DNA of 60,423 nt, the filler included, from Nemertoderma westbladi (lineage: Eukaryota > Animalia > Xenacoelomorpha), in NCBI GenBank assembly GCA_032718475.1. It is 2 parts of 2 records of this genome, joined end to end, with 100 filler letters (N's around TTAATTAATTAA, not from the genome) between each part and the next. Parts side by side here need not be neighbours in the genome. Positions count along the whole stretch, not along the records: positions 30,986 to 60,423 come from JAUCBJ010006211.1; 1 more part is not named here. One strand, written 5' to 3'. The notes beneath the pieces were generated by a model. That model was not told the origin of the DNA. It saw nothing but the letters and a program-made list of their open reading frames with translations, and did not search any database. This document shows positions 50,455-60,423 of this stretch, one piece after another. Numbering within the stretch: the first letter of the stretch is position 1; each line of letters opens with the position of its first letter. The translations under genes were made by a program, and so were the position numbers.

Positions 50455-52467
50455 GTTCATATTAATAGCACCACTATCAACACCATTAGTTAAGTCAACT
50501 AAATCCTCCAAGTCAATTAAATTATATTGTACGCCTATATTATAAACGGAATTATTTTGTTCGTTCGAAATAAGATTATTTGAATTATCTTGCGTAATTA
50601 TATTTTTTGAATTATTCTGCAAATTCGGATTCAGATTATTATTTAAATTATTTGGATTATTTTGCAAATTCGGATTCAGATTATTATTTAGATTATTTGA
50701 ATTATTTTGTAAATTAGAATGGCTCTGATTTAAATTACTACCGTCGGACAAAATATTATTTCCTGCAATGAAAGTTTGGTTAGAATTATCCACTATGGTA
50801 CTATTAATATTAACATTATCTACTGTATTATTATTACCCCCCCCCCCCCCCCCCCCAGTATGGTCACACCAGTCTTGGGTCTGTCGTGCGGTCCCTGTAA
50901 GTGGAGTATTATTTATTTTATTTATTTCTTTATTTACCGCAGGCAACATATGGAAAATATTATAATATAATCGCACAATCAGCCCATATCGTCTACCTAC
51001 GTTATAGCACAATAATTAAATATTAAGTATTCAATTGATTATGTATGTATGTACTTAGTAATACTAATAATTCGCTAAATTAACAGATTTTCGGAATTGC
51101 ACATTTCAAAAATTCTAGAACTATGCAACGCGGTGTAACGATATACAGCATTTACAATATAATTACTGGAACATTTTATCCTACGAAATAAACTTTGAAT
51201 TGATTTGTAACGTAAATGAATGAAGCACGGAATATTGTTGCAACCAAAGAAATATGACATACTAGAACCTACAGAGATGAAAAATAGCTTTCTTGCTGCA
51301 TTATTGTATGCTACCCTTAACCGATTATAGACAACAGATGAATAGTTCCTACGTGACCATAGAGCATTACAATATAGTGGAGTTATAAACGCTAGAAATA
51401 AACGAACTTTCACTGCAACGGTACAGGTACTGAATTTTCTAAACAACGTATTTGTACGGGCGTACATACTACCTATTTGTTTCTTTATGTCAAGATCATC
51501 ATCACGTGATTCGTGTATTATATGACCCAAATATGTAAATTTATCAGTTCTAGAAATAACACGCTGGTATAAATATATTGGAGCTATTGTACTTAAGTTA
51601 CAAGATTTCGGGCACAAAAACATTACCTTAGTCTTCTTTAAATTAAACAATATAGAATGTGAAATGGCATAATCCTGACACACATTAACTAACTTTTGTA
51701 AACCTATAAGTGAATTTGACATTAAGCCAATGTCGTCTGCATACATTGTATGATTAATCCTTTGACCATTAATTGAACAACCTACGTTAGCCATTATAAG
51801 TTTACGGGATAAGTCGTCCATGTAAACATTAAATAAATAACCAGATAATATTCCGCCTTGCTTCACGCCATTAAACACTGCAAACGTTCTGGAATACGTA
51901 GCACCCCAGCGCACTTGTAATGTTTGATGTCGGTACCAAAAGGCTAAAATACGCACCAAATAGAGTGGTACATTCCTATTTATTAATTTCTGAAAAAGTT
52001 TATCGTGATCTATTCTGTCAAATGCTTTAGATGCATCCAAGAAACAAATATACATAGGAGAATCATTATCTAAGTAATAATCAATAACCTCTTTCAGAGT
52101 ATATACACAAAGCTCGGTACCGCTATTTGCCTTATATGAGAATTGGTGATCGCTACAAATTAAGAAAGACTGCATTCTAGATAATAAAATACGTTCAAAT
52201 ATCTTACTTATTGCTGTTGAAATAGCAACGGGCCGATAGTTTGATTTCTCATCTATAGCACCGTTTTTATCTTTAATGATTGGTACAATAATACTATGAA
52301 TAATGGAACTTGGTAAATAACCATGTACCATACAAGAACTGAAAAATAAAGCTAATAAAATATTTAGCCTACTACTATTACTGTAAATGAAATGTTCCCC
52401 AGACACATTATCTGGTCCTATCGCTTTACCTAATTTTAAATTAGCTATTGCACATCCTACTAATAAA
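50455..52467 (-). mobile_element. 5'-truncated CR1/L2-group LINE (open RT frame 51075-52467) plus AT-rich 3' sequence, nested in element 2
   Basis: KAIGPDNV, NYRPVAI, FLDASKAFD, GVKQGGILS, MYADDI, FTYLGH; abrupt AT-rich composition within GC-rich Pao sequence. Boundaries approximate, clade assignment tentative. Confidence 0.85.
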
Positions 52468-53793
52468 TGTTTCCCTAACTCCTGGCTCCTCATAAATACT
52501 CGAGCCAGCCTCGCTCTCTGACAACCCCATCTGCGCCAGTTCTAGTCGGCGCTTCTGTTTCGTCTGATACTGCATAAGCCCCCTTAGCCGGGCATGCATA
52601 CCATCCCGCACACGTTTTCTCTCACTCTCTCTCTCTCTCTCTATCCTCTCGTGAACTCTGATCGGCTAACTCTGCCTCTCTCGCAACTCTCTCCAGTCGT
52701 CTCGCCTCCCTCGCCACCTCACGCTCTTTACGTTCCGCCTCACGCTCTTTACGTTCCGCCTCACGCTCTTTACGTTCACTCTGCTCTCTCGCCTCTCTCG
52801 CCTCCTCACGCTCTTCTCGCTCCTTTCTTTCCATCCTCCCTATTTCCTCGCACACCTTAAAGCTTCTCACGGCCTTCTCGGCCCTCTCTTTGTTCTCTCT
52901 AACCAGTTCTTTCTCCTTCTCTATTAACACACTCTCTTCCTCTAACTGTCTCTTTAATTCTCTCTGGTCTAGCGCCGCCAGATCGAGTTGGCACGCCAGT
53001 TCTATTTCTTGCACCCGTCTTTCTTTTGCGGAGGACATAGCAGACTTATCGGTTACGACGGACTCCCTCCGCCTCCCCGTCCTACTAACTTTCCCCCGCC
53101 TCCCAGAACTTTCTCCGACCGACGAGACCGAATCCTCGAGGTTAACCTTGGATTCGCCCTCCTGCGGTCCCCTCCAACCCACTAATTTTATTCCCCGGGC
53201 ATCGACTAAGTATGTCCCTATGTACACTACACTAGGCTCCATACCCCTACATTCCCATAGTTCAAACAGTTCGCTGGCAACCTCTCTCGCTCTCTTGCTG
53301 GCTAGTTCTCCCTGCCCAAAACGCATTAAATAATCGAAATGCCTGTTCGACTCACCTAGCCGCTTTTCCAACTTCACCTGGTCTATCTTGGCCCCTCCTT
53401 TAGCTTCTTTCAGTTGCTTCCGGGTTGCGGCATAGGCCCGTCGAAGCCGGTCGCTGACCCCAACGTCCTCGTCGCCGACATCTCCTCTATCTCTCCAGGT
53501 CCAGCGTCGTACCGGCGGCCCCACTGTTGCCATTCCGGTGGGCCATCCGTCGCCCTCGGCCTGTGACTGGCCGGCGACATCAGCACGTCGACCGCCGTCG
53601 TGTGTCAACTTGTCTCTCTCTCTCCTCCCGACTCGTCTTCTAGTTGTAGACGGCCCCCTTCATCTTGGATTGCCGGATCGCCCGTTATCAATGGATCCGG
53701 CGTCGTGGGTCTGTACCGTTGCATCGCGGCCTCGCGGATTGTTAGGTCGTCGTCCGGGGTCCGCGGCAATGTCGTTTCTCCTTCTCGACTCAT
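52468..53793 (-). pseudogene. Charged/coiled-coil N-terminal ORF region of element 2 (continues at about 50454-49007)
   Basis: MSREGETTLPRTPDDDLTIREAAMQRYRPTTP... then E/R/K-rich coiled coil; frameshifted; homolog at 31553-32057. Confidence 0.75.
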
Positions 53794-53844
53794 CCTTACA
53801 TTTAGTATAGGTTGGTAGCTGGCAGCAATGGTTTCGGGTTTCGG

Positions 53845-53855
53845 ACTTCTATTAC
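53845..53855 (-). promoter_or_regulatory. Non-tRNA primer-binding position GTAATAGAAGT, complementary to LTR-internal ACTTCTATTAC (54081-54071)
   Basis: Abuts the CA end of the 5' LTR; no TGG; perfect 11-nt inverted repeat with the LTR interior. Confidence 0.75.
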
Positions 53856-54429
53856 TGTGATGGGATCGATGGATCCCAATTTATCCAGTTGGGTTTTCTA
53901 TCTACGCGTCCCCGCCGTGTGTGTAAAAGGGTTAGTTTAGAGTTCTGAAGTTCTTTGATCGATATGTGTAAAATACAATGCATAGAGTGATATAAGCACA
54001 GTTTATAGGATTAAAGTGAGCAAATGATATACCGGTAGGTAAGTATTACATATGGTGGCGTCGGTAGACGGTAATAGAAGTTCCCGTTCCACCCTAACTG
54101 AACTGAGTAACTAAACTGAATTAATTGGCACAACAAATGATAATATATATTGCACCGTTGGCCGCATTACATTACTCAGTCGATGCTTGCCCTCCCATTG
54201 GCTAACAACTCACTTTTCGCCTCCCATCTCTCTGGGAGTGTTTTCCCCCCCACTGCTGTTATTCTCTCTCTCGGAGGTATAACCTCTGACCCCCTTTGTG
54301 TGTTCCCCTGGGGCCTGTTGTCCCCGTTTATTGGGGTGACACGAGGTTGATTGGTAATCAACCTCGTGCTCCCAATATTGCTTAAAGCAAACTTTGTGGG
54401 ACTGGCTAGTGGAATTGAATACGCTAACA
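53856..54429 (-). repeat. 5' LTR of element 2
   Basis: Direct repeat of 39576-40156; TATA-like ATATATATT and several TCAGT Inr-like motifs on the minus strand. Confidence 0.95.
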
Positions 54430-54601
54430 AGAAGTCTGGGGGGTATATGAGTCTGCAAAATCGTTTCTAAAAGTCTGGGGGGTATATGAGTCTGGAAAAT
54501 CGTTTCTAAAAGTCGGGTGGGTATATGAGTCTGCAAAATCGTTTCTAAAAGTCTGAGGGGTATATGAGTCTGGAAAATCGTTTCTAAAAAAAGTCTGGGG
54601 G
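54430..54601. repeat. 39-bp minisatellite, right part
   Basis: Continuation of the 39111-39575 array after the TSD. Confidence 0.93.
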
Positions 54602-55562
54602 GTTTATGATCCTTTGTCAAATAAAATATTTGTCCGATTTTGATCCGGGTCCGATTTTGATCCGGCTCCGATTTTGATCCGGGTCTGATTTTGATCCAGG
54701 TCTATGTTGGTAAAAATCTGATTTAAATGTTGAGATTCTGAGTCGGATGGGGATTTATTCGGAGAATTAAAATATTTACTAGTAAAAATAATTAAAAAAT
54801 ATTATTATTAATTATTATATTATTAAAAAATAAATCTTTGTCATCATTTAAAAAGGAAAAAGGGAACGTCTGGTGTTGGCAGAAAATGCATAAGTGATTA
54901 CCGAAATTTTGTTTAAAAATTCAATTTGTGTTAAATGCGAGCCGCAAGGTAGATGAAAAGTTAATTCGCACAAGGCACAGCAAAAATGGGCTTCCGATAG
55001 AGCAAAAAACGAGAAGCAAAAGGCACAGGTAGAATAACTGGGGGGAACAGATACGGGCATAGAGAGAACGGCTTTATGGGGGTCAAAACAAAAGTATAAC
55101 AAACAAACTAACAAACACAATATAAGTAAACAGACATACTGCAACTGCTGAACTGTCTGTATGTTAATTATCATAACCAGACCGAGTAAATTGGAGTAAG
55201 TAGTGTGTAATGGGAATCGCAATAAATTCAGATTCAGTAGTTTTAACCAAGAAGAATTTGAGTAGATAAGAAAGGCAAAAAGCATGGCAGGAAATATAAA
55301 TTGAGTTTCATTCGCATTTGTTTATGTCAACAGCGCTGAGCGACGAATGAATATCAGGATCGGAGACCTCGTCATCCAGAGTGGAATAATACGAACCCGG
55401 GAAAGAACGTTGTGGTGGATTCGATAAACGGCCACGCGATCCACTACGGGTTAGTCGTGTGTCCGTTTGACGTCGACTGGGTTTCTTTTTGGAATTCGAA
55501 AGAGATGATTGTGTTTCATTGAGGATGTCGTCGATATCCAGTTTCGAAGAAACTCGTCAGAG

Positions 55563-55700
55563 TCACGGCTCAGAGTCACGTGTTTGTCTCACATAAACGG
55601 TTCCATTATAAGAATAAGCCGCAAAGACATTACCATATTTCTTAAGATTAACTGCGTGTTGTAGTAGTGTAGCGCGAGGTTGTGTTAAGTGATGTGTGGG
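55563..55700 (-). pseudogene. Fragment of LINE ORF1 C-terminal domain
   Basis: HLTQPRATLL..A..LKK.G.V..AYSYNGTVYVR resembles the C-terminus of CR1/L2-type ORF1 proteins. Confidence 0.5.
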
Positions 55701-55790
55701 GTACGTCCCCTTCTCAAATTCCTTTTTGTTCGCAAATATAACGAAGCGTGTAGATTGGCCTAGAAAACTTGTAGGATGCACTTTTTTAAA

Positions 55791-56069
55791 CACTACTACT
55801 ACTGCTACTATGATCGGCATGCTGCATTGCAGCTGCATTTTTAAGAATGCTGTGCCGGCTTGTCGACAAAATTGCGCCGCCACAACTCCCTATCACCCAT
55901 GACATTTGCTAGATCAGCCGCATCTTCAAGGCCAGTGTCCTTTAAGATGCGTCTCAAGAAAGTCATGGGCTGTCCACCATGCTTATTCACTCCATGAGGC
56001 TGCCAAAGTACAAGATTATGCACTGGCTGGTCCTCACGGCGAATCAATGTCCTGCAAAGCGGAGGCGAT
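55791..56069 (-). mobile_element. 3' end of the same RTE LINE family as 25855-30308
   Basis: Reverse complement of about 30023-30308, including the (GTA)n tail; RREDQPVHNLVLWQPHG. Confidence 0.9.
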
Positions 56070-56073
56070 TTAA

Positions 56074-57523
56074 CCCTATTAGTACCGGGCTATAAAATGC
56101 TGTACAAATGCCGAAAAAAAAATTTTCGAAAAAATGTACTGCGGTGGTAATATTGCAGCACCAAAATTACAAGTAGAGCACAATTTTAACAAAATTTGAA
56201 AGTTACATTTTTCTGCTAATTGTTTTTCAATACAGGTTTTCTGAGGCGCAAAATACTTTGGAAAATATTTAAAAATGATATGATTACCATAAATGGCTGT
56301 TTAGTCCTCTATGCGTAGGAAAAAAATGAAGAAAACAAGTAACTAGCACTTTTCAGTTAGAACACAAAATTTTTAATTCACTTATACGATGCTAAAAATT
56401 TACATTTTCAGGTTTTATAGGGCGCTGATTCTAATGGAATACATTTCAAATATGCCAGATCATTGCTACTTGTATTTTTTGGCGTAATTTGGCAAATGTT
56501 GGTGCTAGCACCAAAATTTCGTACCCATCACCAAAAAGTACAAGTTTGCGATGTCCAGTGCTGTTTTTATTGATTCCATCGGATTCAGGACCCTCATAAA
56601 CCCGTATAACGCAAGAAACAAGATGATACTATCTACTGATCAATTTACTCATTTTCCAAAATTTGGTGCTGGCACAATAATTGTCACCCACCGGCGAAAA
56701 ATACAAGTTTGAAAACTCTTATGAATTTTTTACTGCTTCCATTGAATTCAGAACCCTAACAAACCCGTATAACGCAAGAAACAAGATGACACAATCAATT
56801 GATATATTTGATGGTTTTCAAAATTTGGTGCTAGCACCACATTTTGCACCCACTTCCATAAAATACAAGTTTGAGATGTCTAGTTTGATAATTATATATT
56901 CCATTGAATTCAGAACAACCATAAACCTCTAAAATGCAAGAAATAAATTGTCACAAACAATTTTATCTATTGAATGGATTTTCAAAATTTCGTGCTAGCA
57001 CCAAAATTTGCACACAGCACCGAAAAATACAAGTTTGATACGCTTGGTGCAACTCGTATATATTTCATCGAAACCAGAACCCCAAAAAACCCCAATTGCG
57101 TAAAAACAAGTTTCAAACAATCAATTTACAAAATTGACATATTTCAAGATTTGGTGCTGGCACCAAAATTTGGCACCGGCCGAAAAAAACAAGTTTGAAA
57201 TTTCTAAATCAATTTACATGAATTCCATCCAATTTCTAACACCAAAAAACCGGTGTAAATCAAAAATATAGATGTTACAATTAATATTTGAAATGTAATT
57301 TTCAAAAAACGTCTCAAAAAAAGTGCCAAAAGTAGGGTTAAAAAATGGTGCTATAACTCGAAAAGTACCCAATATTTTTGAAAACAGTTTTCACTACTAG
57401 GAAGACAATATATTTTTAGGAAAAGTCATAAAATTTCAGATTCCCATCTGCGTTTGTTTCAGAATTATAATAAAAAAACCACGGGGGGGGTCATATTGAC
57501 CCCCCTTCCGGGTTTAAATAGGG
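56074..57523. mobile_element. Non-autonomous piggyBac-type element (TTAA TSD)
   Basis: TTAA|CCCTATT...AATAGGG|TTAA; subterminal GGGGTCATATTGACCCC hairpin; periodic internal TTGGTGCTAGCACCAA palindromes; no ORF. Confidence 0.85.
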
Positions 57524-58380
57524 TTAACTATATTTTATATAAAGCGGAGGCGATTTAAACACTAGAAAAGTGAGGGAAGGGGGATTAAATATTCCACGTC
57601 ATTTTTTTGTATTATGAACGTTTATGATTTTGATTTCAACTTTTCAAATTTTTCATGATATAAATTCGACATCTCATCTGATGAATTATCGATTTTAATT
57701 GAACACCAACAATTAATTTCATTTAGAATACAATTAATTGTCCGTGCCATTTACGGAAATATCGAATAATTTATCCAATTAGTTGAATTGAACTAACCAA
57801 TCAGACATGACAGGATCACGTTCCACCTGCTACAACTAATTACTCTCGAGATTTACTGTTCAATTTACTATTTATAGCAGATAATAATATTCATTTACTT
57901 TATCAACGCAGCCTACAGTAGGTACGCAGCTTACAGTAGGCTGCAATCGGTATGCAGCCTACAGCCGCAGCCATAAAAATTAGGTCGAATTTGATCATCA
58001 ATAAAATATATAGATTGTATGTTATTTCAAATAAATTTAAATCACTCAATTATTTATTGAAAATTAAATACTCGTTAAGTTGATACAGGTTTCATTTAAC
58101 CAATTATGTTCCCCCTAAGTAAAAAGTATATCACCCTTAGCATAGAGTAGCGTGCAGGTAAAATAATAGTCGAGGTGCAGAATAAAATCCTCAATATAAA
58201 ACTAAGGGGCATTAGGGAACAAACATCTTTAAGGAATGCTATAAAAACATGACCTATTTCCTGTCAGTTTTGGTACCACTAAGAATATTAGTGATTAAAA
58301 TCAGCTACAACTTCCATCCATTACGAACTAGTTATGCCGCTTATGAAGGGGAGGAGTTGACATTCTCCCAGAGCAAACCT

Positions 58381-59328
58381 GAGTGGGGGGTGGGGGTGGG
58401 GGGTGGGGGTGGGGGGTGGGGGGTTGGGGGTGGGGGGTGGGGGGTAGGTGGTGGGGGGTGGGGGCTGGGGGTGGGGGGTGGGGGGGAAATAACCTGGATG
58501 TTGGGAGGGAAATAACCTGGATGTTGGGAGGGAAATAACCTGGATGTTGGTAGGGAAATAACCTGGATGTTGGGAGGGAAATAACCTGGATGTTGGGAGG
58601 GAAATAACCTGGATGTTGGGAGAGAAATAACGTGGATGTTGGGAGAGAAATAACCTGGATGTTTGGAGAGAAATAACCTAGATGTTGGGAGGGAAATAAC
58701 CTGGATGTTGGGAGGGAAATAACCTGGATTTTTTGAGGGAAATAACCTGGATGATTGGAGAGAAATAACCTGGATGTTGGGAGGGAAATAACCTGGATGT
58801 TTAGAGGGAAATAACCTGGATGTTGGTAGGGAAATAACCTGGATGTTGGGAGAGAAATAACCTACACCTAGATGTTGGGAGAGAAATAACCTGGATGTTG
58901 GGAGGGAAATAACCTGGATGTTGGGAGGGAAATAACCTGGATGTTGGTAGGAAAATAACCTGGATGTTGGGAGGGAAATAACCTGGATGTTGGGAGGGAA
59001 ATAACCTGGATGTTGGGAGAGAAATAACGTGGATGTTGGGAGAGAAATAACCTGGATGTTTGGAGAGAAATAACCTAGATGTTGGGAGGGAAATAACCTG
59101 GATGTTGGGAGGGAAATAACCTGGATGTTTTGAGGGAAATAACCTGGATGTTTGGAGAGAAATAACCTGGATGTTGGGAGGGAAATAACCTGGATGTTTG
59201 GAGGGAAATAACCTGGATCTTTTGAGGGAAATAACCTGGATGTTTGGAGAGAAATAACCTGGATGTTGGGTGGGAAATAACCTGGATGTTGGGAAAGAAA
59301 TAACATGGATGTTGGGAGGGAATTAACC
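58381..59328 (+). repeat. (GGGGGT)n tract followed by 23-bp minisatellite (GGGAAATAACCTGGATGTTGGGA)
   Basis: G tract 58383-58486; about 36 tandem units afterwards. Confidence 0.95.
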
Positions 59329-59690
59329 TGTCTTTAATAAGGAAATTTACGATGAATTATGAATAAATTTACTACTAGCCCAGCAGGGGGTGCAGCAAAC
59401 CCAGCTATTTATAATATTATATTATTGTAATTTTTAACACTTTTGATGCACAAACATTGTCTTATCAGATTTAGTGCTGGATGTATCATAACTAATAGAA
59501 TAAAAAAACTGATAGAAGAAAAATTTGTTTTTAAGTACCAAATGATATCGTCAGTGAACCTATGGTGGTGGAATCTGGTAGTCTATGGTCTCATACCCAC
59601 ATCTTCTATAGGCAATTTCAGTTATTTTCACAGAACTAATCTGAGCCATTTTGCCCAATAATTATAATTAATGTTTCATTTCTCTGTAAG

Positions 59691-59917
59691 GTATTGGATT
59701 ATCACAAAGCATATGGAATACGTAAAGAAGCGGACCAACAAACGAGCAGCAGTAATGATCCTAATAGTGTGGATTGGGTCGGCTCTGATCTCGATTCCCC
59801 CGCTGTTCGGTTGGAGGCCCCCCATGAACCCCGGCGAATGCTACATCAGTTCGGACCCCGGATACACTATTTACTCCACAGTCGGCGCTTTTTATATGCC
59901 CTTATTTATAATGCTCG
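59691..59917 (+). CDS. Internal exon of an aminergic GPCR, 5-HT1-like serotonin receptor (end of TM3 to TM5)
   Basis: (D)R|YW...KRT.KRA..MI..VW..S.LISIPPLFGW...C.IS.D.GYTIYST.GAFY.PL; phase-2 intron within the DRY arginine codon, donor G|GTTAGT. Other exons not found in the window. Confidence 0.9.
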
Positions 59918-59918
59918 G

Positions 59919-60423
59919 TTAGTTTAAACGGTATGTACGTATAACTTGGCGGCTTAGTTTAAACGGTATGTACGTATAACTTCGCGGCTTAGTTTAAACG
60001 GTATGTACGTATAACTTCGCGGCTTAGTTTAAACGGTATGTACGTATAACTTGGCGGCTTAGTTTAAACGGTATGTACGTATAACTTCGCGGCTTAGTTT
60101 AAACGGTATGTACGTATAACTTGGCGGCTTAGTTTAAACGGTATGTACGTATAACTTCGCGGCTTAGTTTAAACGGTATGTACGTATAACTTCGCGGCTT
60201 AGTTTAAACGGTATGTACGTATAACTTCGCGGCTTAGTTTAAACGGTATGTACGTATAACTTCGCGGCTTAGTTTAAACGGTATGTACGTATAACTTCGC
60301 GGCTTAGTTTAAACGGTATGTACGTATAACTTCGCGGCTTAGTTTAAACGGTATGTACGTATAACTTCGCGGCTTAGTTTAAACGGTATGTACGTATAAC
60401 TTCGCGGCTTAGTTTAAACGGTA
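59919..60423 (+). repeat. 35-bp minisatellite (TTAGTTTAAACGGTATGTACGTATAACTTCGCGGC) starting at the GPCR splice donor
   Basis: At least 14 copies, runs off the window. Confidence 0.97.

Larger units (their letters stand above)
39576..54429 (-). mobile_element. 14.9-kb degenerate BEL/Pao LTR retrotransposon (element 2) with non-tRNA PBS and long 3' region
   Basis: LTRs of about 575-580 bp with TG...CA ends, TSD AGAAG (39571-39575 / 54430-54434), PPT on minus strand, frameshifted gag-pol. Confidence 0.95.

Noticed and set aside
50275-51012. Asn-rich 245-aa ORF
   Set aside because: Low-complexity AT-rich sequence read through an insertion junction into Pao repeats; no recognisable domain.
51075-52493. 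Second RT as a native part of the LTR element
   Set aside because: Non-LTR-type RT, 5'-truncated, different base composition, and it interrupts the element's ORF; a nested LINE insertion.
58249-59306. Gly-rich and Pro-rich ORFs
   Set aside because: Translations of the G tract and the 23-bp minisatellite.

Overview
Repeat-rich eukaryotic (bilaterian invertebrate-like) DNA made of two segments joined by an artificial 100-bp N/TTAATTAATTAA linker (30886-30985). Left segment: a 4-exon gene for a 227-aa signal-peptide, Cys-rich, probably GPI- or membrane-anchored protein (2661-18415). Each of its introns carries a different minisatellite, and intron 3 holds an intact tRNA-Lys-primed BEL/Pao LTR retrotransposon. 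The segment also has a possible tail-anchored-protein ORF, decayed RTE-like LINEs, a deleted piggyBac and a MITE. Right segment: satellites, a 14.9-kb degenerate minus-strand BEL/Pao element (39576-54429, AGAAG TSD), fragments of a sister subfamily, piggyBac-type MITEs, and one exon of a 5-HT1-like GPCR. Most notable: (1) the second BEL/Pao family has no tRNA primer-binding site. The 10-11 nt next to its LTR are instead complementary to a sequence inside its own LTR, and the pairing is kept by compensatory changes between two subfamilies, suggesting Tf1-like self-priming. (2) The same element carries an antisense array of eight structured RNA hairpins (k-turn/UUCG and GAAA modules with covarying stems), followed by an array of TACTAAC branch-point-like motifs. 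All coordinates and counts were read by eye; no searches were run.
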